Of a DNA stretch of 64,000 bases, positions 11,378-25,400 are shown piece after piece. The translations under genes and the position numbers were made by a program. The DNA is taken from positions 30,883,112 through 30,947,111 of the forward strand of contig OZ316891.1 of NCBI GenBank assembly GCA_973895155.1, in the 5' to 3' direction. Numbering within the stretch: position 1 is the stretch's first letter; each line of letters starts with the position of its first letter. The notes under the pieces are model-generated. The model saw only the letters and a program-made list of their open reading frames with translations, had not been told where the DNA came from and searched no databases. The stretch comes from Marsupella aquatica. Taxonomy: Eukaryota; Plantae; Marchantiophyta.

Positions 11378-14194
11378 CCCCTTCTGTCTCGCCGTCAAGC
11401 TGCAAGGATTTTGATCCATAGCGTTTCTAGTCACCTTGCGTGTTCCCTCATTACGGGCAGTACGTTTGACAGCTGCTGCAAAGATTTGGTTTAATGCATT
11501 TCATGTTCTATCACTCCGGGGAACATGCTCGATAGCTGCTACAAAGATTTGGTCACTCAATCCATAGCCTCTGGTGTCGCATTTCATGTCCTTTGGCTGT
11601 GGGGATCACACTCAATAGATGTTGCAACAAGCACCTTGACACTTTCTTTGTTAGGCATTTATATATAGATATTGTGGATTTGGCATTGGTTATTGCAATT
11701 TCAATTCCTGCATTTCTATATAGATGTTGCAGTTCTGTTTTGCCATTGGATATTGGGATTTTGTTTTGTCATTGACGGCAAAACATATTTAATGCTTGCT
11801 GCTGCACTTACTACTGTAGTATTAATTCACATCAATGTTGCATTTTGCAGAGATCCAAAGTTGGTAGGAGGTGGTAGACGGAGGCTGCAAGGATTAAGGG
11901 CAGTAAGGAGTTTCAGTATGCATTATTGTCAATTATCACATTTTAGTTTTCTAACGCAGATGTTGTTGCAATAGCTTTGATTGTTAGTTATCGCATTTCA
12001 GTTTCCTTGAGTAGACGTACGTTGTTGGGCTAGCCTTGATTATGTCAAGCAATTTTCTTGGATACTCGTATTTGTCCGGCACAATGCCAATGTTTGCATG
12101 ATTGTAATACAATCAGAGGAAGTCGGTAGGAAGTGCTAGAAGGAGGCTACACATTCAAAGAAGGAGGCTCCACATTCAAAGAATGATGCATTCAAAGCTT
12201 TTCCTAGGTTTTCATGTTAATGATCTTGTTTTAATGTTGGTTATTGTTGAATGTCAAGGACCAACCTTAGGTGTAGATACTCATTTGACCAACCCACTTG
12301 AGATGGCGATCGATGCAAGGGTCGATTGTAGGCCTATTTCCTTGCCTAAAGACACTCAATTCCAACACACCCTTGTTGGAGATGGCAGCAATCCCAGTGC
12401 CGTTCTTCATCGATGGGCCACAACTTCCCTGGGTAAATTCCGTGAGCTGAAACCACTTAACATTGCCATCATGTGCAAAGACTTCTCTAGTCAAGAGTCT
12501 GTAAAGTTTCTTACAAACTTTTTCAAACAAGTCTGCACGATGAATGGTAACCTGTATCCTTCACAAATACTGATGGGCTCTACCAAACTTTTCGCTGTAC
12601 TCTAAGGAAGAAGCAAGAGAGTTGGATCATCAAGTCAGGTAAAGAGGAGACAGTTTATGATATGCGATTTTCCCCTCTATTCAAACCTATTGTTATTGTT
12701 TGTGTATTGGTTATGGAGAGATTGAAGAAAGTTGGAGCTAATGTTGCAAGGAAGAAAGTCTTTGTTATAACTTTTGCTGATCATTCCTATACATTGATTT
12801 TGCATTCAAGAGGGCTGCAACGGAGGGCGGGACTCTTTTTGCTCAATTCTTTCTTTATCCATGGTGGTAAGGAGCTTTAATATCCTATTCCATTTTTTGA
12901 GTTGACGTGCATGGTAGTTTTGTGAAGTGTGAGAGGCTTAGCAAGAACTACACGGTCAGGTGGATCAATGCTCAGATGCGTTTTAGGATGCATATGAGAC
13001 ACATTTCAATAACTTTGATTGTTATTTGAACACCTTCTCCAACTTGGATGCTTGAAGCTCTTCCGGACCCCAAGTTTTAAGGGAATAGCAGAGCCCACTG
13101 TGACAATTGTGAATCCCGTTAACATTACTTTTGATAATTTAAAGGCCATCATTAACTGCACCATGACTGACTGTACTTCTAGTCTAAGTTTTGGCCCAAT
13201 AGAGGAGGAGCTGAGCGCGGAGCTGAGGGGGAGTCTTGGAGGCAAGTCATTCGTATTGCCACTCCCCTAGCCAACCAGTAGTGGGTGACTGTCGTACTAG
13301 CCTGTGAGGCAACATAGATTAGAATTCACTTAGCCAACCAAGACTGTTGCAATAGCCTGCGAGGCATTGCAGATTGATTCCAAAATATCGAGCAAAATAT
13401 TAGAGACAATTATACACTACAGAATATCATATCTTGCAGACATTGCCTTTGAGGCACCCAGTCCCCGAAGTGTTCACACAATATATACATTATTCTCATT
13501 CATTTAGGCTCTCATCCAAATCACAATTTCTGTTTACTGATATTAACATAATTTGACCCCCCCCCCCCCCCCCACCAAAAAAAAAACCAAAAAAACACTT
13601 TGATCTCCACTATGGGATTTCTCCTTACTTTTAAATTCTTGCAATTTCAAATTCCCAATCAAATTCTGCCATTTCATAAACAGACCCACAAACAAATAAG
13701 CTACAAATATGGTGTAAGTTTCTGAAATATAAATGTGCCTACATGGCATGAACTGGTAGGCCAGGAACAATAGAAATCACCCAGGACCCTAACATATATA
13801 ATATTTAAAGCTATGTTTACAATGCCTTGTGTTACATAATGCCCCTAGAATAAAAGAGTCAAGTTTTGAGGGGTTGTTTTTGCTCATACTGCTCTAGCAA
13901 TAGAACCTTAATACACTTATTAAAGGCCTAGGAGACTTTAGTAAAAGTAGAGAAGAATTTTTGTAGTGAGGTGACTCAAATCTTGAGTGCATTCTTCTTC
14001 ACAAATACCTTGAGAATTATATTAAAGAAAGTCACTAAGGGCACTAAGCAATTTATATATTTTGAAAGATTCAGCAACTATCTGGCACTATTGTTACATT
14101 TCAAAGATAAGGAACATCTAGGGACAAAATCACCAATCCTAGAAAGACAAGGACAATACCCATCATTTTTTTCAAAATAAATCCAATCACCGCT

Positions 14195-14455
14195 AGGTGT
14201 GAGGTACCATGTGCAATCCTAGCCTCATATAAATACACATATTTGAAAAACAAATTATATTTTGTCTCTATTTTCAATATTAATTATGTATTTTACTTTA
14301 TCAATGGTACATATTAGAGAATATTCTATAAATATGAGTTTGTAACACCTTCTCTTTTCCTCCTATGTTTTTCAAATATTTAGTTATTTTCTAGCAAACA
14401 TATCTATTTTGGATCTCATGTGGTTATACAAGTTTTGATAAAGTTGACCCTCAAC
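14195..14455. mobile_element. Diverged copy of the MITE family found at 35373-35659
   Basis: Shares GGTACCA..TCCTAGCCT.ATATAAATA, ATATTAGAGAATATTCTATAAA.ATGAGTTT and TATCTATTTTG.ATC.CA.GTGGTT blocks in the same order. Confidence 0.75.
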
Positions 14456-16833
14456 CCTCCCTTTTACCATAGGAGAAACTTTGCACTGCCTGCAAAATTT
14501 TGTCAAGTTGTCACACGAGTCTTTCCCTCATCAATACAACCCTCCAGCACCCCGCCACCACGTATGGGTTGATGGCAATTGTAAGTGTCTTTTCCAAGGC
14601 AACCGCCTCACATGCTCACAACAGATGTTTGGTTAAACTGTTTTCTCTGTTTTTCGATAAGTTTTTGATGGTGCCAAACCACATAGGCTACCTTCCTGTT
14701 GCAAATATAAAGTTGTTGGACAATGCAAAAAGACTTAACTTGGTTCCCTCTCACAACATACTTTATTATCTTACTCTTTTGTGACTCTTAAATCTCCTAC
14801 GTATTAATCAGTCAAGTCACTTGCACGTGGAACTATTGTATTGAATGAGTCAGCTGAGATGACAGGTCACCCAAGTGGAAACTCACACTTTGGCGGGGCC
14901 TTCTAGAGGAAAAAGCCAACCACAAAATTAATGTTCAAGTTTGGCAAGAGCGTCAAGGTTCACTTATATGGGTGACTAATAACTGATGCAGTTAACTACC
15001 TCATTGCAATAAGGGTTTTGAGAAATGTAATACCATAGTCAGATAGAGAACAAAAAATATGAGTACCTCATCTTGCATATTCACTGCTTTTGGTAGACAT
15101 AAAGGGAGAGAAATACAATATATATATAAAGGATAATATATAAATATTGCAAGTAGATGTCGATCAGTACAAAGAGAGGTACATACCAAGTGTTCTATTA
15201 CACAACAAACACACCACCTAGGGCCAAATCCAGAAGCGTCCTGCAATGGTCTACATGCTTTATGTATGCCCAATGTCATGGCTTAACTTGAAGTCTATGG
15301 GAATCATGAAAATGGATCAGACAATTAGAGTACAGTACCAAGTACCTTGCAATACAAAATGCAGAGTGAACTTGACAAAAATACAGCCTATAAGTTCACT
15401 GAGATTCCAATTCAAATATTTTGCTTGGTTAGACAGGATTTGGGGATTTCCAAGCTCATGGGTTTGGATGGAGATCTCATAAATAGAGTCATGAAACAAT
15501 ATTAAAAATAGAATTGGCCTAAATATGATCCCAACAATTCTTCCGGAATGTGAAATTTAGAATGCCCCTCATCATGTTTCTTCTTCTAGTTAGTTTGAGA
15601 GTGTTATTATCATAATCCATAGACCAGCCATGTTAGGAGACTTTGGGTACCCCTTGCTGCGGGGCTCAAAGGTTTTTTTTCTTAAGGTGAGAAAAGCTTT
15701 TTAGTAGGCCCGGGGTAAGAACCACCCCAGCCAAGGGCCACGAAGGAGAGGGCAGCAACCCCCACAGGAGGGAGGACCCCCAAGAAAGTGAAATCAATCC
15801 TGCCAGTGGGTCCAAATGAGCCACTGGTTCAAGTAATTCTCAAATTTCCACCGATGGTTAGGGCATTCCTCACTCTGTTTTCTATGACTACTCTTCCACT
15901 TCTTCCTACTCGGCTTGCTAACATCATTGCCACTAAAGCTACTCCCCTTCTCATGACGTGAACCCAAACTCTGATGTTCACCCAGATTGTGATGTTCACC
16001 GTTCACCGTGATACCAAAGGAAGTCTGCTTAATCCTGGTATCAGTATAGTGACGACGATCATAAGTCGCTAATCAACGTGTCTGGGAATGTGCTGGTTAT
16101 TGCTGTATCTCATGCTAGTAGAGATGAAGCCAAATCAAATTTTCCAGGCTCAAAGGTTTTGAAACATGACATGGACCTTTTAGATACAAACAGACAAAAT
16201 GCACTTGGGGCTCACTTCATTTAAACCACTCATGTGTACTGGTGCCCTACATGAGACATGCCAGGAGTGGATTTCTGCCAAAGCAAGCATTGGACTAATG
16301 ATGTCTTGTTATGTATGCCTGACAAGGATTTGACAGAGATGATTCAAAGTGTTGCAGCCCCATCGGTTACCAGTTGCAAGTATTAGATGTCACTTGCTCC
16401 CATCAATCGATTAGATGTGAAATGTTCCAGTTCATCAAGACCACCATGATAACTAAGAAGGATTATAAAGTGGCAAGCTCCATCTTTTCCTGTGTACTTT
16501 CAATAGCAATTGCATATCAAAGAGTTGATTTTTTTTTGTAGATTTTCATGCGTAATCACGCATCAAAATGCTAACTACATACCCTTTACAATGCTACCAC
16601 TAACATAACATACCATGTACTTTGCTACTTGGCTAGAGCCCATCATTTGCAATGTTATTGGCAACATATCATGTATTGTGTTACTTGGCAAGCACCCACA
16701 AGTTGTAATTAAGCATGAGAGGCAAGATCAAGGCATACTAATGCCTCCAAATATACAAATCGCATTAAAGCCCAATTGTACCAGATCCAGGTTTTAGATT
16801 AAATATCTGACACAAGTTGGGATCACCATCACC

Positions 16834-17200
16834 AGGCCCCAACTCAATGGTAGCACAGCTGGATGGGGTCCGGCAGGTCATGGAGGGTTGGGCAGGTCAT
16901 GGGATAGAAACCTCCACACTGCCAAGTTTTTGGGCATTCACCTCACCCAAAAGTGGGATTCACTCATTCTCTCAACGCTTAGAAGAAATTTGCACTTAGC
17001 AGGCAAGCAGAGAAGGCTAGCAGATATGTCGGGCAGGTCATGGGGTAGAAACCTATTGGCTACCAAGTGTTCTGGCATTCATTCTCTTACCCTTACATTT
17101 GCTTGTTGTCGTGCAGGTTGTGGGATAGAAACCTATTGACTACCAAGTCTTTTGACATTCCCTTAACCCCTTAGATTTGCACCCAGCAGGCAGGGTAGGA
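16834..17200 (+). repeat. Three-copy repeat with tRNA-like A/B-box remnants (possible degenerate SINE)
   Basis: GGCAGGTCATGGGATAGAAACC...CCAAGT...GGCATTC at about 16891, 17032 and 17113; head GGCCCCAACTCAATGGTAG resembles an A-box. Confidence 0.4.
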
Positions 17201-17537
17201 GGCAGATGTGTACAACAGACTCATAAATGAGCCTCAATCTTACCCTTCCTTCTGAATACATTTTGGATACTAGCATGAATAGAAATGATGACAAGTATCA
17301 TCATGCATACTCCAATTTGATAGAAACATAAATTTGGAGGAGCCTAGGGGTTATAGCCTAGATTCTTCACTCTAGAATGCTTTAATAGTAAGATTCAATA
17401 TGCTACTAAAGTGGATTATTCTTTATTTTGTTTTAAATCTGATTTATCTATAAGTGAATGTTGAACTGGATTATTATTTTTTGTTTTATGATTAATCTTA
17501 CCTATAATTGAATGTTGTGCTGCAAAAACTTAATGTG

Positions 17538-17664
17538 TGTTGTATGAAATCTCCAATTGAATCACCAACTTCTCCCTGTCGGTGGTGTTTTATAGATAAT
17601 AGTAGGGTTACAAAGTATGCTCATAACCATGGTTAGGTTAGGACTTAACTATAGTATGTTAACA
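17538..17664 (-). repeat. 3' LTR (127 bp)
   Basis: Starts TGTTG, ends TAACA, adjacent to PPT CTCCCCCTTGA; matches 21198-21327. Confidence 0.93.
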
Positions 17665-17868
17665 CTCCCCCTTGATTGTATTATGGGAATAATGCAAGCA
17701 ATTTTATACTAGTTAAGTCCTCCAACAAAAATCTTAAGTATTTTACTTTGGTCTTATGTACAGGTGTTGCCTCATTAAAACCCTCTCATACTCGTGCGAG
17801 GGAAAGAGTACAACCACCTTTACAAATAAGAGTATAAAAGTTTATGACTTGAGAGTTAAGTGTTATGT

Positions 17869-20270
17869 TTAATCTTTGAGTTTTGATAGTCTTTGTAAAC
17901 CTATGCCTTGACAATGAATATTCTGTAGTGCTGGAGTCAAGGCTTTTGTGAATAAATCTGCATGGTTGTCCTTGCTCGCAATTGTCTTCACTTGAATGGT
18001 GTCGCCTTGTTGTTGATGGGTGAAGAAGAATTTTGGTGCAATGTGTTTGATGCGATCTCCTTTAATGAATCTTTTTGATACCTGGTCAACACATGCTTGA
18101 TTGTCTTTGAATAGTATAGTAGGTTCAGTTAGTGCTGGTAAGCCGCAATTTGTGTTAATATGATTAGTTATTCTTCTCAACCAAATGCACTCTCTGCTAG
18201 CTTCATATAATGCAATAATTTCAGCTTGGTTAGAGGAAGTACAAGCTTGGTTAAGTTAAAATTTGTTTAGTGTTTTTCCAAGAGATAATTGTACTACCAT
18301 ACAAAAATATATAACCAGTGTGTGATTTAGCATCGTCTGGGTCTGATAAATATCCAATGTCCGCATAGTCTGTTAAAGTTTTATCAGTGTTATTATGGAA
18401 ATATAGTCCCATGTTAGTGGTTCCTTAAAGGTAATGCATTATTCATTTTATGTCATTCCAATGACGTATGGTAGGTTGTGCACTGTGTCTGGCTAGTAAG
18501 TTTATGGCGAAAAAAATGTTTGGTCTTGTCTAGTTAGCTAGAAACATCAGTGCTCCTATTGCTGATCAATATGGTTTTTCAGGACCCAACAATGGCTCGT
18601 TTTTGTTTCTCTTCCTAAATGCATCCTTGTCTCTGTCTAGAGATTGTACTTCCATAGGCAAAGTGAGAGGATGTGTCTTGTCCATATTGAATTGTTTGAG
18701 GATTTTGGTAGTGTAAGTACTCTGATGTAAAAGTATACCCTCAGGTAAGTGTTCAAATTGTAGGCCCAAACAATAATGGGTTTGGCCTAAATCTTTCATT
18801 TCAAACACACATTTTAGTATTTTGATGGTGTGTTGTAATAAGTTCATATGTCCAAATAGGTTGATGTCATCTACATAGATGACAATTATCAAAAAATCAA
18901 AAAATCTGGGCATTTCATGGATAGTCTTAGAAACAAAAGGTCTAAGTATTAATTTGCCTTGAGAACATGTCATGCATGATTTTTTTAGATTCGTTGGCGT
19001 GTGTTTTGTTGTATTCCGTGGGTTACTCTCTTTATCTTTTGAAACATGGTCATACCAGGGTGTCCTAACCTAGTATGCCAAAGGTCATATAGTGACATTT
19101 CATGTGTAGTGGAATGAAAAGCATTCAACCGTTTGACATAGAAACCCAACGGATATGCGAAAAGTATTTCTTTTATTTGCATTCCATCAGAAGTATTCTA
19201 TAAAATATGAATTACTTCCTGATTCTTGTTTGTACTGGTGTGAATATGGTATTCATTATCTCTAATGTCCTTGAAACTAATTAAGTTCCTCGTGGTATTA
19301 GGTGCATAGATGGCGGATTTAATGTGAATAGTGGTGCCCTGAGGTAATGTGATGGTAGCGGGTCCGTTACCTTCTTCTATCTTATTACTCCCCATAATAG
19401 TGGTCATATTCCTATGGGAGGGAGTAATGTGCATGAAATAATCCCTACATTTGAGTATAGTTTGGGATGTGCCACTATCTACTATAAATGTCCTAATGTT
19501 ATCCAAGGGTAAGGGTTCCCGTTGCTGTGCAATCATGTGAGTCTCAAGAATGCCCTTATCGTGAGTGTAGTTTTCTAGATGCTCATCCTGCTCTAGAAAT
19601 ATGTCATGTGTCTCTTAAGTGTTGTTATTTCTATTCTGCTGATATAACGCTACTAGGTGTGCAGGTATACAGCATAATTTCTGTGGATGCCCCTTGGCGC
19701 CGCATCAAAAACATTCTATGGGCCTTCTTGCATACTGTCATGAAGAGCTGCCCCGTTGGGCTGGCCTTCCAGGTCTTCCCGTTCCCCCATGGGTGTACGT
19801 GAAGCTTGATCTTCCGCCTCCGTGGCTTCCTCTATTTTCGTAGCCAATGTCTCTCCCCGTGAAGTAGGAAGATCTTCCCCCTCCAAATGGTCTACCTCCT
19901 CTAAAGGGTGGTCTTCCTCGACCATTGCGGCTGAAACCGTCTCGTGGTCCTCCTCTGCTACGCGACGGCATGCCGAAGTTTGTCTCGGTAGTTGGAAGTG
20001 ATGGTAGGGTTCCAGGGGGTCGCATCTTCAAGTTCTTTAGTAGAAATTCCTGATGTCTCTCAGCGAGTAACATGTGGGCTATAAGTTCAGAATATTTGGT
20101 AAACTTCATGTTTCTATAGTGTGATGACAGTATGATATTGCTCGAGTGAAACGTAGGTAGTGTTTTTTCTATTTGCTCTTCGTTATTGACTAGTTGGCCG
20201 CACAGGGCCAACTGTGACGTTATTCGGAATAGTTCACTGTTATAGTTCACGATGGATGTATGGTCTTGGA
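17869..20270 (-). pseudogene. Copia gag-pol remnant (partial gag, CCHC knuckle, protease, GAG-pre-integrase, RT C-terminal part, RNase H) with stops, frameshifts and a large deletion
   Basis: YNSELFRITSQLALCG...KYSELI (Bianca-type gag), IVDSGTSQTIL, LWHTRLGHPG, IYVDDINLFG, FEMKDLG, DNQAC...IKHIAPKFFF...ADLFTKAL. Confidence 0.92.
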
Positions 20271-20273
20271 CTC

Positions 20274-20426
20274 GTTAGGTCTAGGGTTGGGTCTAGAGTT
20301 TAGATTTAGGGCTAGGGTTAGTGTTTAGGTTTAGGTCTGTTGTTAGGTTTAGGTCTAATGTATATAATAATGTATTCAAGAAGTTTTCAAAAGTTTGATT
20401 GAATAGGTTTTAGGTTTAGGTTTAGT
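20274..20426 (+). repeat. Degenerate telomere-like (TTTAGG/TTAGGG) tract inside the copia element
   Basis: TTAGGTCTAGGGTTGGGTCTAGAGTTTAGATTTAGGGCTAGGGTTAGTGTTTAGGTTTAGG... Confidence 0.8.
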
Positions 20427-21197
20427 GCCGCATGCAAGGTAAGTGTAAAGGTAGAGAAAGTGCATTTCTCTACGCACTTACATGTGCATTTTTGGTTAAG
20501 TGCAACTTTTTCTTTGTAACTGAAATCTCTTTGACAAATTTGCACTTAAGGAGGGTGGTGCACTTAGCAACGGTTTCTCGACGTTTCCTCGACGTTTTTC
20601 GATTGAATGTTGTGGGATTTTGGTTTGGGGCGGCTGTGTGCTCTCGTTTGCCTCCTTCCAAGCTCCTCAACGATCTCTGCTGCAGCAACAAAATTTACAG
20701 TCTCTCTCCTTTCCTTCGGTCCTTCCCTCTGATCACGTTGCTCTAGGTTGGCTGCCCTTTGCGTCATTTCTTTGGTCACTTCATTCTCTTTTTGTGGATG
20801 GTAATTGACTTCTCTTGTAATTAAGATTGATCATAGGTTTCATCTAATTCAAATCTCCTTCATCAAGTCTCCTCTCTTATCCCTCATGTTTGTCTGTCAG
20901 ATGGGTCTTTGCTCTGCTCTTTCCATCTGATTGTAGTTCCCCCAACTCCTTTGTTGTTGAGATTGCTGCCCCTCAGACGTTTTCACATTAGTCTAAGTGC
21001 TTCAGGTTCTTCTTGCTCCATTATCGAGAATCACAATGCCTTGCTCCACTTCTGTCTGATTATCAATGATTGCCCGCAGGCCATTCCCTTCGGTCCTTTT
21101 GTGTTCTCTTCCTTCAATTTCCTGAAAGTTCTCTCAAGATCCTTATCAATTCTACATTGCCAATTTTGCTCCAAGCTGGTAGAAGGTGCTGATAATG

Positions 21198-21327
21198 TGT
21201 TATATGAAATTTTCAACTGAGTCACCAACTTCTCCCTATGAGGGATGTTTTATAGATAATAATAGGGATACAAAGTATACTACTAACCATGGTTAGGTTA
21301 GGACTTAACTACAGTAATATGTTAACA
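21198..21327 (-). repeat. 5' LTR (130 bp)
   Basis: Matches 17538-17664 with about 16 substitutions and one 3-nt indel; PBS-like sequence immediately internal. Confidence 0.93.
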
Positions 21328-21830
21328 ATGTGCAAGTACGGGGACACCATTTTCACTCCATAAAGCCACTGAATGCAAAAATGACGTGTGCAAATTTCCA
21401 ACCCGACGAGGCCCTGAGAGAAAAAAGTTGACAGCGGAAATCATGTTCGAGCCTGGCGAGGCAAGGCTGCAGACATGGATGAGTGATGATGACTCGGAGC
21501 TTAGCAAAGGAGATACACGGAGTCTCGCCGCAGTTCAAAAGTGCCGATCAGCAGAAAGGCATTCTCGAGCACGTATGCAGAGATCCATCAACTGAGCTGC
21601 AAATTCGATTGATTGTCGCCTTGCTCAACAGCTGCAAGAGCAGAATGCTGAGAACGGGAACATGAATATCATCTGTCCACCCTGATCCTACAACGCCGCG
21701 TAGTAACGATCTGTTCTCATAGCTCGAATGCATCCGGTGCTTCGGGAAGGAGAGGAGATTCACCTAGCAATCGGTGGGTCGGACGAAACATCGAAGAACG
21801 GAGTGGACGATGGCGGACTGTGGGATCCGA

Positions 21831-22053
21831 GTCTTACCATCGCGACAATTCAGCCGGCGATCTGGATAATGTCAGCGTCAATTCAAGTGCACCCTCGGCA
21901 AGGCCAGCATGCGGTTGATGGACACCTTCCATTCAGCATTGAGTCTTACCATCGCGACAATTCAGCGGGCGATCTGGATAATGTCAGCGTCAATTCAAGG
22001 GCACCCTCGGCAAGGCCAGCATGCGGTTAATGGACACCTTCCATTCAGCATTG
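21831..22053. repeat. Tandem duplication of a ~112-bp unit
   Basis: GTCTTACCATCGCGACAATTCAGC...CCTTCCATTCAGCATTGA occurs twice with few differences. Confidence 0.92.
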
Positions 22054-22466
22054 ACGTCTTACCCAGACCGCGACCGAGACCGAGAGCCAGCCGTAGATAT
22101 CTGTCTCAGGAACCATTATCATCCAGAGAAGGCACACAACACTCTCAACCTCAGGAGAACTGCTCATGTACTCTGCATTCAGCTGGTATCGATAGTCGTC
22201 ACTCTTTAATCTTTGCGGGCTGTGGGAATAACCTCATAGGTGAAATGGTTATTGACAAAATATGAAGGTGAATTACAGTCTACAAAACAGGATACGATTC
22301 TCTCCGGGAACTCGATAGACACTACAAGTGACATGCTTTCATGATTGAATTAGTATTTACAGTCTACAACATAAGATACAATTCTCTCCGGAACTCGACG
22401 CACAAATTATCACTGGCGAGACTGGAATCGTTTGAAGCCAAGTCGACTGGGACATTAGAAGCCGGT

Positions 22467-25400
22467 TCAGTAGCCTCGTATATGAGACATGACTTTCTCT
22501 TTGACTTTCTTCACGACGCTTTCTTTTTTGTGTACAGGGAGCGGTAGGGGAAACTCCCTCATTAGAATCATTTGCTCCACTCTATCGTGCAGCTCAGCTA
22601 TCTCCCTTTGCTTGGTCTCCTCAATCTCTGCCAACCACTGAAGCCAACCAAACATATCTGCCAGTTAACTTGATGAAAACTTCGTGAAAACTAGATTAAA
22701 AAAGCAACACAATCCTACGATGGTCTATTAGATTGGCCCTCTGACTCTAATGCACACGTTTTCTGTTGATTGAGGAGGTTTCATTTGGCAGATTAGTCAG
22801 TGGTATTGTTTATTCTGCCTTAGTGCCAAGATTCTGAAGAGACTTTGTTTATATTGAGCAGGACTGAATAAGCAAGCTTACTCTATAAGGAACCTCGGCA
22901 CTTTTTCGAGTACTCTTCAATCTCCTTTGATCTGTCCAGTTTGAATTAAAGCTTAGAAAAGGAAAGGAAATTTCAGCTACGGATATGAGCTGATCACCAA
23001 CGCCCACTACCTCTAGGACTGCAGCCCAAGAACTAGATTTGGGACAAATCTATGATGCTGGTCAGCCCTGATTTCTTACTCTTTCAGCTTTTGTTTTTGC
23101 ATCAGCCATAGCTTTTGTGTACTCCTCCTCTGCTGTTGCTCCCAAAGTAGCTGCTTTTGATTTAGCTTCTGCCAAGATTTTCTCCGCTTTGACCTGTGAA
23201 TGATGAGCTGGGTCAACTTTGGGATAGTATATGTCCTTCCATAAATATCAGAGCTCAAACGTCATCGGTAAAAGGCATCCACAAATCCTAGTTACTGAAA
23301 GGCAACACCTCAAGATCAACAGGGAACTAGTACCTCTGCATTGTGGACCAGCAATTCAGCTCGAAGCTCCTCTTTCCTGAGATTCTCCATTGCTTTTGAT
23401 TCCTCTTGACGCCTTTGGGACTCTGCTTTAGCCTGCACGTATGAACATATCACCTGGTTGAAATTCTAGGACAAGGCCGTTCAGAGCCATACAAAGGGGC
23501 TGACAATATCTATAAACTAAACTTTAGTCAGTTGCTTGCATCTTATAATAGTATCATTTTGTTCCGGGGAGTTGTGGAAGATGTGATCTGTCCAAATGAT
23601 GACACAATCGTTGAATTGGAGCTATACACTCTAAGTACCTCTTGGAGTTGTGACGAAGTCAGAGCTTTACAAAAACTGTGGGTAGTGTTGGATCAGAGCT
23701 TTCTTAAATTTGAACCTGGCCTGATCAACCAATAGCTTGATTGCCAGCAATGGTGATTCAAGAACTCGACATTCAAAGGACGAAAGCTGTTGAGGTTGAC
23801 GTTCAAAAGAAACCACTCTTTTTAACTTTGCTAACATGTCAACAGCGAGGTAGTCATAGAACAGAACGAAAGATAATTTGTCAAGTCTTGGAACAAAAGA
23901 AAGCATTTTTCATTCTTCTTAAAATCATGAAAACCAAAAATACTAACAAGCCAAAGTCGAATGATCATCAACTACTGCAGACAATTTTCTAAAGAGTGGC
24001 TTGTTTCAGTCACCATAGATTGAGGAAAAAACTCCCTTTTCCAACTTTAGAGCTGTACAACGTGTCAATGGGACTTAATGTCCGCAAGGACCAAATCGCA
24101 GGATCCATGAAAGTTGCATACGAGATACACGAGAAAAGGAAGAAGACTAAGAGAAACAGTACTTACGTGCATTTTCTCTGCATAAGCCTCAGCCTTGCTT
24201 AGTTCAGCTTCCACATAGGCGTTTGCCTCTGTCATAACCCTGGATCGATGGGCATCTGCAAATGCCTCAGCCTTCGCGTTTGTGTGCTTCATCATACCAG
24301 CAGAAGAAGCTGACTTGGGTGTTTTCGGAGACTGAGGGGATAAGAAGTTTTCTGAATCAATAGGTGCATTGTTGACTGTGTAATCCAAAGTCCCATTTCC
24401 TATGGTCCACAGTTCCATCAACTTCTCTGGTCCTATTGGGTCTAGCTTGTCCTCACCTGCAGACCCTTCTGGAAATCAGTTCCCTCACATTGGTGCAGCA
24501 CTTGAGAATTTACAGATTTGCTGAATTAGATCCACATCATACATATTACGGTCGTCCTTAATTCCTTTGCCCTACATCAAGACTACTTCTTTTGGCAAAA
24601 GGGATCGTAGCTCACAGAGAGAAATATAAGAAAGGCAGATTCTATTGAACCGGCTCTAGCAGTGCAGTCTTTTTCATTCATTTTGTGCTCGTCATTGGTC
24701 TTGAATTTCAACGATATCTGAGCAACCATAATAAATATTTCTTACTAAGCAAAGACTAATGAAAGATAGTCATCCTCCCATTGTTTGCTATGGCTGCCTA
24801 TTGATGGGAGCAAACATTGAATATTCCACAATTTGCAGACCTTTAGATTCAACTTCTTGGTGCTCCACTTCTTGAAGGGACCATGCCCTTGTCGCGGTTG
24901 ACGCAACTCCAGCCGCACTGTACTGAAGACCACTTACTGGGGCTGTTGCCGTGGAATCGTATGGGAAAAGGTCAGAATTGACCGGCGTTGGCATGCCATC
25001 AAAATTTCTTTCTGCCTTTTGACCGCTGCTGGATATCCACACTTGTTCTTTCAGCAGAGTAGGGAGGCTGCTGAGGGAAGCAGTGATGGTTTTGGCGAGC
25101 TCTTTGTCTCCATCGCCAGGAGTTAATGCAGATTTTGTATTTTGTCTTAAGGATTCTGCTAAATTCCTAGTCCGTGCTGTGACAGTAGCGACCCTGGTCA
25201 GCCCTGTGTCTATCAGACCTTTCGTGACAGATTTCTGTTCAGCTTCAGGAGTTCTCACGGTGGAGTAACGATCGAGCAAATCTTGAACCGACGTTGTCTT
25301 GTTCTTGTCCTCACTGACCACATCAGCATTTTTGGCGATACTACCGGCGTCAGGTTCTGCAATGCTGGGTAGTTTAGATGCAGCTGCATCTGTCACATAT

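Larger units (their letters stand above)
17538..21327 (-). mobile_element. Ty1/copia LTR retrotransposon (Bianca-like), internally deleted, non-autonomous
   Basis: TG...CA LTRs at 17538-17664 and 21198-21327; 5-bp TSD ATGTG (17533-17537, 21328-21332); PPT 17665-17675; PBS-like TTATCAGCAC; gag, protease, RT and RNase H fragments inside. Confidence 0.95.

Noticed and set aside
12183-13270. 140-aa and neighbouring ORFs
   Set aside because: No recognisable domain or coherent gene model; probably TE debris
15640-16045. PBS-like TGGTATCA motifs suggesting another LTR element
   Set aside because: No LTR pair or coding remnant could be found to support it
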